Of a DNA stretch of 64,000 nt, positions 52,101 through 64,000 are shown piece by piece. The DNA is taken from the NCBI GenBank assembly GCA_036172245.1, contig JAYWIR010000106.1, positions 62,001-126,000 of the forward strand, read 5' to 3'. The notes under the pieces are model-generated. The model searched no databases and had not been told where the DNA came from. It saw only the letters and a program-made list of their open reading frames with translations. This DNA comes from Raillietiella orientalis (Eukaryota). A program made the position numbers and the translations under genes. Each line of letters begins with the position of its first letter. Position 1 is the stretch's first letter.

Positions 52101-53400
52101 TGTCATACGGATGGAAAGGAATATCTGCCAAGGAGACGCTTTTAGTTCGATGCTGTTCCTGGTGTCCATAAAGGCAGTGTTGTCACTGATGCACTGTGGC
52201 GGCCGTTTGCAAGGACTTAGACTAGACGAGGACAGACTGATGCACCTGGTGTATGCCGACGATCTCCTTTTCTTCCTGAAGGTAGAGAGGGATCAGCACG
52301 CGGTCCTCTTTGTCGTCGAGTCCATGGGGAGAAGCCTGAACTTGAAGATCAATCCCCAGAAATCCCAGCAATTGCCCATCGGAATCCTGCACCGATCCGC
52401 CTCAACGGAGACAGGACTCCGAGTGGTGGACGACATCAAGTACCTGGGAATCCACATTGCCGACGCCTCGGCTTTGCAATAGATGTGTAAAGAAATCCTA
52501 GGGTGAAAGAGAGAAGAGGCTGCAAACAACGTCGGACTCGACGTTTGCCTAATGCAGAGGGCAAACCTGTGTAACGGTGTCCTCCTTCCCAAGGTGCTCT
52601 TCAGAGAGGCCTTCTGACGACTGGATGAACCAACGAGCGAGGAGGTGGAACTGCAGGGAAAAATAATTTGGAAAGAGTTCAAGCTGCGCGTCAGACTAAA
52701 ACTGCTGTGCCGACCACGAGACAAGGGCGGGGCGGCGAGAAAATCGCTCGAGCGATCCGTGGATCTGCTGGACGTGTGACAAATCCTGGATCTTGCCACC
52801 AAATGGGACGAGTGGACTAGTGCGGAGCAGGAAGTCCACTCGCAGCTGCTCAACAATTCGAGACGCCTGAAGTCTGCCCCAATAGGCAGAGAAGGACAGT
52901 AGGGAAACATAGAATCCACTTGGAAGCAAAGATTCCCTCGTCTCCCTTCGCCATACAGGCGGCGTTATCCGGCATTTCTGCCTTCAAACGACCCCAAAAC
53001 TCCGCATAAACGTAACCTGAGCGTACTTGCACGGAGCGAAACAAAAACACATTTGCACGAGGCAGCATTCCCACCAGGATTTTCCAAGGGATTCATTCCC
53101 AAGAATAAAAGGACATCACGTTTTTTCTGTGGTGAGCCTTACGGTTTACTACGTCACAGCAACTTGTCGGTCACCGGTCACACCAGATGTTCATTCGCAA
53201 TCGCCGACGTCAAGATGACGACGACTGCCAGCTGGCCTCATCTTCCAGAAGGAGGAAGGAAATCTTCAAGGCCGATTCTGAAAGGAAGGAACGGCCGAAT
53301 CCAACGACCCCTGTTTCCCCCAGCCATATCTTTTTGTCTTTATTTACTGTCCTTTTCCTCCAGTTCCCGACATTTTATTGTTTCTTGATTTTTCTTTTCG
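49170..53400 (+). mobile_element. Decayed L1/Tx1-like non-LTR retrotransposon (ORF1 zinc knuckles, APE remnant, RT)
   Basis: ORF1 49456-50496 with CAGCKQFGH / CFKCGQQG / CYYCKESG knuckles. APE motifs SWNVN, DIICLQETH, VAILIKN near 50780-50985. RT 51595-52482 with WRPISILNTDAKL, DMEKAFD, QGDAFS, YADD, KYLG. In-frame stops and frameshifts present. Confidence 0.92.
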
Positions 53401-53414
53401 AACTGGACCACTTG

Positions 53415-54120
53415 TCAACCAGGATGGTGGCCGTTATTGTCGACGTTTGGGACATTTTCCACCGCGGTCTCGGTGTCGCCTGTGGCCGTTGGTGTGGTGG
53501 TCACGTACTTAGTGGCGGTTCTCACTGTGAATTTTTTGAATTTTTTCGCGGTGCGCTTTTCCCGCATCCTGTCAGACGCTACTCGGACTTCATTTTGGGG
53601 GTCCACCTGACCTATGTGCCCCTTACATTTGCACTGTTGGCACGGCGAGTTCGGGCACCTCTGTTTCATGTGGCCCGAATGTTGCAAAAGCCACAGTACC
53701 TGGGTTTCCTCACGTACCGCACGTTAACCGATTCCCCGATGGCTTGTAGTTTTGTGAAGCAACTACGCTTCTCGTGGACGGCCACTCTCGCTACCGCCAC
53801 ATCGCGGAGAAGTCCGTCCAACTCGACGGTGGGAGTGGGCTTTGTCCACAGCGCGTGTATCGTTGCGAATTCGTTCAATTCGTTGCGGATGGTTTCCTCA
53901 GTTATTTGCAGCTTTATTCCGGTTAGATGGATGACCACCGAGAGGTCCTTCGTGATCGAATGGAGCCTATGGCTTCCCTTCGCAACGGAGAGTTTGGGAA
54001 GTCTCTGCTCAATAGTTGTCTCCTAGTAGAGAACTTCCATATATTGACCTCTGCTGCGGATAGACATCCCCCGAAGCTTCTCCGTTTGCGGGCCGAGAGC
54101 GCACGCCACCTATAAGAAGA
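53415..54120 (-). mobile_element. Non-LTR ORF1 (gag-like) remnant; partial mirror copy at 1-547 (+)
   Basis: VRYVRKPRYCGFCNI..GHMKQRCP and CQQCKCKGH zinc-knuckle remnants across a frameshift. Confidence 0.75.
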
Positions 54121-55199
54121 CGCGCGAGCTCTCGAGGGAATATAAATATTCTACCGCTGTGAGGAGTTGGATTGTAAATTTAGGAGAGTAGGGTTGTGTC
54201 CCTCTCCCAGTTGGACCCCCATTTCTGCTGTGGTCGCAGGCGTAGTCGCCGCAGCCACGCCGTTCCGAATCCTCGCTTGATCGGGGACCAATCTGTGAGA
54301 GCATGTGTTTCCACTTCCATAGCCTCTGGGAACGATCACGACATCGCCCCTGTCCTCTGCTGGTGCTGGTGTCAGTCATAACTGTCCTTCCCATCACCGA
54401 ATCTCCACACAACACACTAAATAACCGGAAAGCAACCACACGCGAGGGAGAGACTGCAGCACATGTCCGTCCCGCACTCGAGTATTTCTCAGGGCGGTTA
54501 AGCCGCAGGACACGGCTGCAGGTAAACATAGGGAAATCGTTCGTGGTTGCAGTCTGTTCGGAGTGGGCAGGGCAGCTGGACTGGATCTTCTTCGAGATTT
54601 CCATGGTTCGGTACTTTATGTAGCTCGGTGTACATTTAGTGGACTATTCTCGAGTGGAAGCGTGGAACTGTTGCTTCCAAACAGCAGATTTGACGATCGG
54701 TCCGTTCCAGGATGGCAAATTTCCCTTCCCGAAAGGGTCAGCGGAGCGGAACTCGTATGTGGCCCTCCTCTAGCGACTCCTGCTTTCTGTTTGACCCTAC
54801 CGAGTAGCATTAAAAGTGAACGGAGGGTCTCCTCAGAATCGCTTTCCGGGGCACAGGGAGGGCACGCGCTACGCATCGCGAAGGAGAACTCCGCCTCCTG
54901 ATGCTGGGGCGTCCGAAGCGGCGGTTTCTATGGAGGAAGTTTGCCCTAATGGCGAAACTTTGGAGCACGAATTCGTGCGAAACCACATCAAGTGAGCCAC
55001 CGATTCCGCGGGACTGTCTTCGTTCGTGGTACGGCGACGCAGACGCAGCATATCCCGCTGAGGACTGGTTCTAAGGCGAATATTCGCCAAGTTGATGAGG
55101 AGTAGCAACTGGGTCTTCGACCGACCGCGGACGGTAGTGTGTGTCTGCAGGAAACAGTCCGCACATGATCTCAGAAGAACGAAGCAAGTCCGGAGATCC

Positions 55200-56187
55200 A
55201 GCAGAGAATACTGCACCCTGCCTGCAACAGCCGTTCGATGCAAGACGTTATATATCTCAGCTTACCTGTGGGCGTGGGAGCTAAGAACTCCAGAGGTGCG
55301 GTTCTGCAACCACTCAGGGAGCACCTGGGCAGTAAGCAGCCGGTCAAATGAGGGGCCCGTTCTGAGATCCGTGGAAGAGTAAGGGAACTGGATGTTTGGT
55401 CCACGGATCTCAACGCGATCCCGAAGTGCTCCACCAAAGGGACTATTGCGCTAAGAAGAGCTACTGGGAATGCCACGCAAATTGCTCGAGTGCCCACCAG
55501 CGCTAATGAACAGCCGAGAACTCCCCCTGAAGTGGCGGAATTCGGCACTTGAGTTATTGCACTGAGGTCTCCTTGCTACGCCCGCCGGTCTCAGTCGACC
55601 CGGGGGGCTGATGGACCGTGACCGCATCTGGTGCTGTTGCGTGGAATGAAAATCCCTTCCGCATCTCCTTGCATACAGTGCTGCCTTCCGGCCCCTGTGA
55701 TTGGGTCACGTTACGACCCTTAATGCATCGACGGACAATCCCAGGGACGTGAGAAAGCGTCTCTTCGTGAGCCTTTCGCCTGATGCATCCCTAGCAGCTT
55801 TATTCTGTCTATGTGGGATGGCGGCGGCCTGGAAGTACGCCATAGGAGGACGGGATCTGCTTCGCCCTGCGCTTCGTAAAGACGGCAGCCAGATGGCCTG
55901 TCCTGGAGCACACTCAACGGAACTTACCGGCATCCTAGAAAAGATGCGCCCGCCTTCCAGCTCCCGATGATTTTTTCCCTAACCTTCCCCATTCTTTCTA
56001 TATACCTTCTTGTTTGGTTTTCATGTTTGTTTGTCCCCTCCCCATTCGCTGCCGAGTTGATGCACGCCGGTTCGGCTGCCGGTTTCTCAGCGGTTTCCGA
56101 GCATTCTCGGGCAATGCGGGGCGATGGCCCTACGCATGAATGCTTATGTTTGATAATAAACGTCCCGGCGTAACCAGCTGGTAAACA
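55200..56187 (+). mobile_element. 5'-truncated LINE 3' end
   Basis: Colinear similarity to 5280-6245 (ctcagggagcacctgggcagta shared; ELTGILEK; gatggccctac; AATAAA 56155). Confidence 0.82.
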
Positions 56188-57599
56188 AGGAAAAGGTCTC
56201 TTCGTCCGCAAATGAGCAATAGCACCGAACACCGACGCGCTTTTCTTGCTGCCGTCGAGGAGCTTCTCGACTTCAAGACTGCAGCCGTTTTATCCAGAGG
56301 GCCAGCCTAAGGACAGAAGAGACTCTTTCGCAGCGGAGCGAATCTTGTAGCATCGCTTCCTTGTAACCGATGGCTCCTCTTCTAGATACTTCTGTGTTAC
56401 CCCTGACACGGAAAGCCGATACCTTCCAGTGTGGCCACTCGGATGTCCAGCGCAGCAGCTTTGGCATTCCGTCTGAGGAGCAGATGCACTGAAACGTCCT
56501 CGAGCCTGTTGGCGGACTGCAGTGTCTTTTCAGAGCTTTGGCGCTGATTGGTTCGAGCGCCCATCCACCCGAGATCACCTCCGAGGATCTGATGCGACGA
56601 ATCTTGGCACCGCCAGCCACACTCCAGGCGGGCGCCGTGATTGCGTCCACGTCATCGTCGCAGCCCGCCGCTTGCAGGAGGATCTTCGTCCAGCTGCCTC
56701 CGTGGGCACGGCTGCGAGGTCGCCTCATTCGGAACAAGAAGACAAGGTAGCCGCGAAAATGGCCCGCAGTTTGCGCACTGTCCCCGCTACACCTTTATTG
56801 ATTCAATTCTCGTCCCTTTCCCTTCCGCTTCGGATCGTCCCAGCAAACGACCCGCGTGTCGCGTTATCCCCACCCATTCCCCTTGACATTGTTCGTTTGT
56901 TTGCATGATTGTTGCGCCTTTGTTCGCCGGGACGGTTGCCCACCTCGCTTGTTGGTGTTTGCCAAATGAATGCCCCGAGGCATCCGGATAAAAATGCGAC
57001 CGCGTGCAGTGTCGCTTGACCGACATTTTTCTCTCAAGTTGATCCGAATCAGTGCGCTCGCGATGCCGCAGCTGCAGGTATCTCTGCATCTTTCAAAGCG
57101 ACTCCGCGGGGCGGTGACAAAAGCGACCACGTGTTACGACTTCCGTCTTCGATCTTCAGGGGGCAATCAAAAAGCAGAAGGAAAAAAGCTTTGCCTGCGG
57201 CAATGCTCCCACTAATCTTGGCAGGATCGCCAAATCGTACCATCGCTGGACACGGAATGCGAATTTCCCAAGGTACCTGCTGGCGTGCATAATCTCACGA
57301 GAAAGTTCGTTCCTCGCCCGCGAAAGAAGCGCGCGGTAACGCTCTATCGGAACATCCGCGGTGCTCGCTGCACGGCTGGAAGAGAACCGAGAAGGGTATC
57401 TTTTTGCTGTTTCCATTTTTTTCATTTCCCTCCAGCAGTCTTTGGCATCCGCGCCCGTGTTTCGCAAAAATGGAATCGGCAGTGGGGGAACGAAAATACG
57501 TTCCGGGAAGCGGAGTGCACGTCTGGGCAGCAGTAACGAACCCAGGTTCGCTTCCCTATGGCGACTCTAGAATGCCATGGTCCCCTTCCGGGGCAACTC

Positions 57600-58060
57600 C
57601 TAACTTGAAGAGTTCCCACACGCACCCTCGCACGGCGTGGACATCACCACAGAGCTTCCCGAGGCGAGCGGTTCTTGAGTACTTGGCGACCAAAAGACAG
57701 GCTTGCAGAACCAAGAGAACCTGGCGATTGCCCGCTTACTACGCAGCCTGTTCCCCGTCTCCGAGTTGCAGCTCCGGCGTTTGCTGGAAGAAAGCACTCT
57801 CCTCCGGGAAACGTGATCATCACACCGATCATCACAGTTCCAGGCGCCTGCTGTTGCTTATTCATTTACGACTGCCACTTTCTTCCTGTTTTCCGAATCT
57901 CCTTTGAGTGGTTTCAAGTGAGGTTCTGCGCTTTCGTTCTCGGACGTGTCGCACCCTTCGTAACCGTACTTTGGTCCTCCCGTCCTGATCGTCAGACGTT
58001 CCCGAATCGCGAGATGGCGTGGAGAATGTATTTAGCGGGCACGGGGCCATGGGCTTAGCA
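57600..58060 (+). mobile_element. LINE 3' remnant
   Basis: ELQLRRLLEE-type terminus followed by T-rich UTR resembling the other copies; highly degenerate. Confidence 0.35.
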
Positions 58061-58834
58061 ACATTTGAATAGTGCAAATCGGCAGGCAGCGCATCAGATA
58101 ACTGCCTGTCCTGCAGAATTACGCCGGAGCTAGTGGTTACAACTGTTTATGAAGAGCCAACTTGCAGCTTCCGTTTCATTATTTTTTTTTTTTTTTCTCT
58201 TTATTTCCTTTTTCCATCCGCCGCTCCGACTGCAGCGCCAAGCCCAGCGTGCCGACGAAGCCCTGCAACGGAGGGCGAGGCAAGGAGCGACACCCTTCCC
58301 TGACTTTTCTCTTCCCCCTTCCTCCTCCCCTTGGGTCCGTCCTTGAGCATGGAGAGCCCATTGCACGACGCATCCAATCACTTCTTCGGGCGAGAAGTCC
58401 CAGGGGAACACGGCGTTCCCCTGGACATGGGTGGTGAGCATGAGGGCCACGTAGAGGACGTGGGATATCCAAAGAGCCACTCGCGCTCAGGGGTGAACGC
58501 GAAGGTTCATAAGGACGCTGATGTCCACGAAGAGGTCGGCGGCGCTACTCGCCAGGTGGGCGACATAGTCGGCCCTCTATTGGCTTAGCGGCTGTGCACG
58601 GCGACGCCCAGGCCGGAGCCCACCAGCAGGAAGATGAGCTGCAAGGGGATGAAATTCATCACGGACCAGTTATGGCAGGAGGCATCGTCCAGCAGTATAA
58701 ACCGATCACTGCAAAACCAAGTTGTCGATATGTGTATTTCCTCGTGATGCTACCACAAAAGTGAAATGACGGATATGAAGTACGGCGCACTCTGAATAGG
58801 AGAACTCGAACGTCTAGCGTCTCACTGCAGTTTC

Positions 58835-60232
58835 TCAGACGTGAACGCTGCCTTCTACGAGCGATTCCACACTCATCTTCTTTAACGTCATGTTATTAGC
58901 CGCTCCCTCGATCGTTTGGAAATCAAGATTTCGGAAGGTTTTCCAGAATCCTGCCTTCTGAGACCACAACCGATTGTGCGGGTTTCTGATACCTTGCAGA
59001 ATTCTCGCCACGTCGAATCCCGACCACGTTTTGTCCTCCATGTGTCCGTCAAGGAATTGCTTCACAGCAACTTCCAGTCCCTTTTCGACCTCGGGCTCAT
59101 TTGCCCTGACGTCTCGAAGAACCGTGGCTCGAAAATCTTGCTCGACGTACTGAGACGACAGGGCTTTTAAGTGGATGGCCGATGTCATGGAGCACGCCGC
59201 AAGGAAAAAGGATAGCAAGTGAAATCTCAGACCCAACAGGTGCATCGCCGAGGCGTAAATGTCATCCAGCAGCCTATCCGATGCGCTTCCCCCCATCTGC
59301 TCTTCCACGTGCACGCAGGAGCTCCACTCGGAGAAACGTGAGTTCATGCGGTGCTGCGTTGACAATTTCCACAGGAGGTCACGAACCACGAACGGCTCGA
59401 ACCCCATGATGTCGGCAACGCTTGCAACGCTGATGGACGCCTGCCTCCGGATCCTTTGATTCAAACGCAGATTCCCACTCAGGAAAAAACTGTTCTCCAG
59501 AATATCTCGGATATTTTTCGTCCATGAGTAATCTGTCGGTATGCACGTGGCGTAGAAACACCGCTGCCACGACACTTTTGAGGCCGGGTGCTGTGACAAC
59601 AGCAGCAGTAACATTTCTATTGTTTCCTGGTTCAAATTCAACTTCTGTTGCAGCTCGCTGGCGGAGAACGGTTTGTAATAACCCTTTGATCCTGCGGTTG
59701 TAGAACGTTTGGGAGGAGAGAACACCGCCTCCAGCAATTTTCGAATCATGAGACGGGTAGTCCTGTGTGCGTTAATCTCCCTCTTCGGTTCCAAGGCAGC
59801 AGCATCCTGATCGGCGCACAACACGTAACACTCTACTTGGCACTCCTTTGTATCGAGCATCGATATATGGGACACGAGACTATCGAATCCCAAAGGCATA
59901 GCGTAAACCACCACGTACCTCAGCTCGTGGTAGCACAGACCAGCAGTGAAAGAGACGCTTGCTACAAGGATATGAATCTGCCCCTTCTGTAGTCTGCCAT
60001 CCACATGCCGGCGGTCATCGGACGACGATTGCGCATGGTACGCTTCGGGAATGGGCTTCTTAATGGACACGTCGTAGCCATCCAGAAAAAAGTGGATCAC
60101 AAGTGCCACTCGCTTACATCTCTGGGACTGCGAACAGCAAATCAGCGTGGGAAAAGAGATCTTCTTTTCGATCAATTCAGTCAGTTTTTGTTCTTTCTCG
60201 TAAGTACGCACGGCATTCACCACGAGCCTGTT
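58835..60232 (-). CDS. RECQL4-like helicase C-terminal half (RecA2 + R4ZBD + C-terminus) with degenerate motifs
   Basis: 462-aa open frame: TLICC..RCKRVA, EAYHAQ, ILVASVSFTAG, LRYVVVYAMP, and C-terminal WSGFDVARILQGI..FWKTFRNLDF matching the RECQL4 tail. No RecA1 domain or ATG upstream; possible acceptor AG at about 60233. Confidence 0.8.
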   Translation of the reverse strand, partial: NRLVVNAVRTYEKEQKLTELIEKKISFPTLICCSQSQRCKRVALVIHFFLDGYDVSIKKPIPEAYHAQSSSDDRRHVDGRLQKGQIHILVASVSFTAGLCYHELRYVVVYAMPLGFDSLVSHISMLDTKECQVECYVLCADQDAAALEPKREINAHRTTRLMIRKLLEAVFSPPKRSTTAGSKGYYKPFSASELQQKLNLNQETIEMLLLLLSQHPASKVSWQRCFYATCIPTDYSWTKNIRDILENSFFLSGNLRLNQRIRRQASISVASVADIMGFEPFVVRDLLWKLSTQHRMNSRFSEWSSCVHVEEQMGGSASDRLLDDIYASAMHLLGLRFHLLSFFLAACSMTSAIHLKALSSQYVEQDFRATVLRDVRANEPEVEKGLEVAVKQFLDGHMEDKTWSGFDVARILQGIRNPHNRLWSQKAGFWKTFRNLDFQTIEGAANNMTLKKMSVESLVEGSVHV

Positions 60233-61399
60233 CTACTCTTTCTGATATTTCGAAACCCACGCCTCGGCTCTCTCCGGCGGAGAGAGCAGAGGAAGGAGAA
60301 AGCGAGAATCAGCTCGCCAGGATGACGCTGACGAGGAGGGTGCAGGGGAGCGAGTAGACCCCGTCGGACGGCCCGTCGAGAAAAATTGGCAGACCGCCGC
60401 TCCGGCGGGTGACGGCGAGCATTCCGACAACGTAGATGGCCAGGACGTGCCAGCGGCGGTGCAACCTCTCCAGGGGGAAGCGCAGGACGAGCACGTTCAC
60501 GTGGACAACGCCCCCGTGGATGAGCGCGTAGATGACGAAGCGTCACGCTCTCCCGGTAGCAGCAGGGTTCTTAGATGAGGGGCGAGAAGGGCATGGGACC
60601 GTTCAGGGACACCGACTCCAGATCAGACGCCCGCCTACGGCAGCGAGAGCGTCACCATCGGGAGGGGCAGCTTTCCAGCAGGAATGCTCGTCCAGGTAGC
60701 GGCGCTCCTCGCGATCGCGCCTGCACTGCAGGCCGAAGAACTGGACCAGGTCCAGAAGCCCACGGCAGTGGCGGTCGACGAGTCCCGGGGGCACCTCTTG
60801 GCACAGGGACGTGCTCGTCGGCAGGTGCGCCAACCCGTGCAGCGTCACCATGCCGCCGCGTTCGGAGCACCCGGGAACCGGTGCTGGGAGCGGATAGGGA
60901 GGCGAGGGCACGGTCGCAGGTCGTCCGTGGGGAACGCGTCACGGCCGATGGTCCCGCCGTTGTCGTGTGCCACTGCTAGGGAGGCGAGGAGCCTTCTCGC
61001 GCCCTTGGATGGGTTTCTGGGAAAGAAAACGGCCAGAGAAAAATGAAATGGTTCCTCAGTTACTCATGGTATGGTGACGCCATCTTAGATTGACAATTTG
61101 GTTATTCACCTTTCAGGTGTGGGATCGACTTCCGAATGCTGCCCTGAGTGATCAGTTTGATCACTTAATCAACGTGATTAAGAACGTGGATTTGCTCATG
61201 GGAGACAAAAATCCCGATCCTGCTTCGAGCTGTTGGTAAATTTCATTCGGACTTCTCTGGATGCGAACAAAATGTGTGAGGTGTACTACGGTCTTACGCG
61301 GCTGAAAACACTTCTCCACGCGTCGCGATTGTCATCCGCTGGACATCCCAGCTAAACTCCTCGTGCGAGACTTTATGGTGATCTCAACTTTCGGTCTTC

Positions 61400-61900
61400 A
61401 TAGCACACCCAAGTAAACTGCAGTCCCTGCCGCTTCGTAGAGGCCACTCCTGTGAAATGGCTTCCCGAAACATCCCCGACCCTTGCCGTGAAAATCACGT
61501 TTTCAGGAAGCTGGTCCAGGCCAGCACCTGATAACACTTCCGAGGTAAGACGCTTTGGACAGCTTGCGTTCATATCGCCCGGATCACGATGGAGCTCGAG
61601 CTCGTGGAAAAAGGTCGTCAACTTGGCCACCTCCAAAATGGTATCACATACCACGTACGGATCAACGGGCGTACACTGAACTCCACGACTGCAGGTATTT
61701 CAAATTCAACATCGCCAACTCTTCCATGTCGACTTTCCATTGTGCCGCCTATCGCAAATACGGCACATACCACCCTAAGGCATCTCTTTGAGATCAAAAG
61801 AGGCTAAGATGGTGCCTCCGAAACGGTCGCGACCGTCCTGCTGTTCCCCTGAGGTGCGTGGCGTGTCCTCACCGCTGTCAAGCATGCACGCTGCTTGCAA
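61400..61900 (+). mobile_element. Degenerate non-LTR ORF1 remnant
   Basis: LVEKGRQLGHLQNG..VRING and CAAYRKYG resemble the ORF1 region of the other LINEs. Confidence 0.35.
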
Positions 61901-62451
61901 CGAGGAGATGGGTTCGCAAAATCAAAGGTTGCCGATCAGTTTTACGGTTCTTGTTTCGTTCGTCAAGATCAACTCGAAGTAACACGAAGGAAAAAGGCAA
62001 TCCGAATGGGGGAGACCCTTCTCGAATCTTCTTCACCTTATACACTACCCCAAGCTTCGGATTTCATGTTTCCCTTTGCGAAACAGCGGCACGCTCGCCT
62101 GCGGACCGCAAACCGAATTCGTGGAGAACACAGCAGGCAACGTGACACGCAGGAGAAGACGAAATGCAAAAAGGAAAATGACAAAAAAAAAGGGGGGGGG
62201 GAAGCAAAACGTAGGTGACGACCCGCGTTTCAACTGCATATGGCATGGGAACGTGGAAACACTTTCACGCGACAGTCTTTCGACAGTGATTTTCATTACA
62301 TACACATATAAAAGGTACAGAAAAACGCCAATCAATGAAAACGATACAGAATCCAATTTTTGTTACACCTCCAACTGCAAAATGTACAGAATCCGTAACC
62401 CATCCAAATTGCGGTACATTCTCAATCCGACCGCTCTGCAATTTCAGCCAT

Positions 62452-62845
62452 TTACGTTTCTTCATCATAATCATCATAAGCATCTCGTTTGCGCTTAATG
62501 GATGTGTTGCCGTCAGGAACAGGTTCGTGCTTCGTGTTATTTTCGAATTTGAGGTTCGAGCCGCTTTGCACCATAGGTACTGAACTATTACTCACTTGTA
62601 CCTTGGGAACTGTATTTGGTTGACCTTGGTAGGAAGGAGAATTAAAAATTTCCTGACACTCAAGTCTACCTGATGTCATGCGGATTAATGGGGTTCCAGG
62701 CTTTGGCATTGTGATAATCTTGGGTTTGGTGTTGAGAGAGGATATATTTGAAGACATTAATGCATTTGTGGGAATGGCAATGGATGTGCCTCCTTGCTTC
62801 ACAAAGCTCACTGCAGGAGTGCTAATAGGCTGACGTGATGCTGGA
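62452..62845 (-). CDS. Terminal exon of a host gene, TAF9-like C-terminus
   Basis: Acceptor tttcatgtag, then S/T/P-rich open frame ending IKRKRDAYDDYDEET*, like the KRKR+acidic tail of TAF9. Histone-fold exons not seen in the window. Confidence 0.45.
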
Positions 62846-64000
62846 CTACATGAAACATGAAAGCTGCTGCGGGATGGAACTGCAACCGGAGGCTATGGAC
62901 AGGGCAAAAACCATTCAAAATACATGAGTTCATAGTTCAACGCAATCAATGTGTGCATGCACAGAAGCATGTGAACTGCTGTTTACATCTTCACTGCATT
63001 CCACAAGATCATTTGGGGTTAATTTTGATTATCAACACATGCAAGTCAGAAAGTTGGATTGATTGAGATGAATACTCCACAAACTAAATCCATTCTTTTA
63101 GTTCTTATAATGTGCTATATCATTCTAAACCAGTCACTTGTTGATTGTTGATGATTAACAATTTATTATTATGGAATCAGAACTCATCTTAATTATACCT
63201 TAACTATCATTTCAACACCTTTAAAACAACAAACTTGAGTAGGACTTTCATTATAAAATACAGATATGTTCAAATATTACTAACAAAATGGACTAAGAAA
63301 CAGCACCCTATCGGAATCATGTCCCATGTATTTATGTAACTTGCTTATTCTCAATACAAAGTACTCAGCATTTTCACTGCAGATTTCCGTTTTAAACACA
63401 AAAACAATACAAATATTGTTACCAAGTCTGTCATAGATTAACATGTGGTATTCAACGACATCTCATGGTCTGTACAACTATCTTCAATCATGTCCAGCTT
63501 GATACTGTGGACTAACAGGCAGACCGCTTTCCCTTTTTTTATAGATGACACATTTAGAAGATAAATACATTCCTCAAATCATCCACAGAACATCCAGAAG
63601 ATTTTCAAGCTGGATACCTAATGTCTCCAAATTCATAATTCATTCCTGGGTCCCAGAAAGAACAATCTTCCGAAAGAAAAACTCATTTTTAAGGGGAAAT
63701 TCACCATGCTGCTTGCAGCAACGTAACATATAAATGAAAACTGTAACGACATTCAATATATTCTTTCCCAGAATTTTCTGAATTACAATGTCAAATGCGA
63801 CACAAAAGCTACATGAGTAACATGCACAAGAACGAGAGCAAATCGAAAAAAAGACAAAAAGTAATAGGAAAAATCTTTTCATCAAAACACAATAGAACGC
63901 CAACGTTGTTCAAATTCCATTCTTTATTAAATGAAAAAAGTCAACATTTCAAATCAAACATTCTTTGTCACATAAAAGCCCACTGTGATATGAAAACCCA

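Larger units (their letters stand above)
37643..53961 (-). repeat. Right arm of giant inverted duplication
   Basis: Reverse complement of 1-16346. Differences seen: two 1-bp homopolymer indels, one 27-bp indel, one SNP (not exhaustively compared). Confidence 0.98.

Noticed and set aside
53187..54026. 279-aa plus-strand ORF (and similar ORFs such as 1043-1669 and 34415-35110)
   Set aside because: Antisense shadows of retrotransposon coding sequence with no recognisable domains.

Overview
Eukaryotic, metazoan-type DNA with no prokaryotic operons, rRNA or CRISPR. (1) A near-perfect giant inverted duplication: arms 1-16346 and 37643-53961 around a 21.3 kb spacer; the left arm runs off the window edge. 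(2) Many decayed non-LTR retrotransposons (L1/Tx1-like, plus one probable CRE-like RLE remnant). Several share an AATAAA + small hairpin 3' end, and two look 5'-inverted. (3) Intron-containing host genes: an apparently intact cathepsin L, a pepsin-family homologue lacking its second catalytic Asp (full copy in the right arm, 5'-truncated copy in the left), a RECQL4-like ORF with degenerate helicase motifs, an unidentified multi-exon gene, and a TAF9-like last exon in an AT-rich domain starting near 62.25 kb. (4) Main finding: much of the DNA between LINE remnants, and the four long introns examined, consists of about 280-900 nt units that are mostly unrelated in sequence. Each folds on one strand into a largely unbranched, G-U-rich rod-like hairpin. 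Several have two capped tips (cUUCGg loops or perfect palindromes) and slight terminal redundancy, as a linearised rod-shaped circular RNA would. One carries a hammerhead-like core and abuts a 5'-truncated LINE. Working hypotheses: endogenised viroid-like RNAs captured by LINE reverse transcriptase, and/or fold-away hairpin introns or hpRNA loci. All pairings were found by eye and need computational confirmation.
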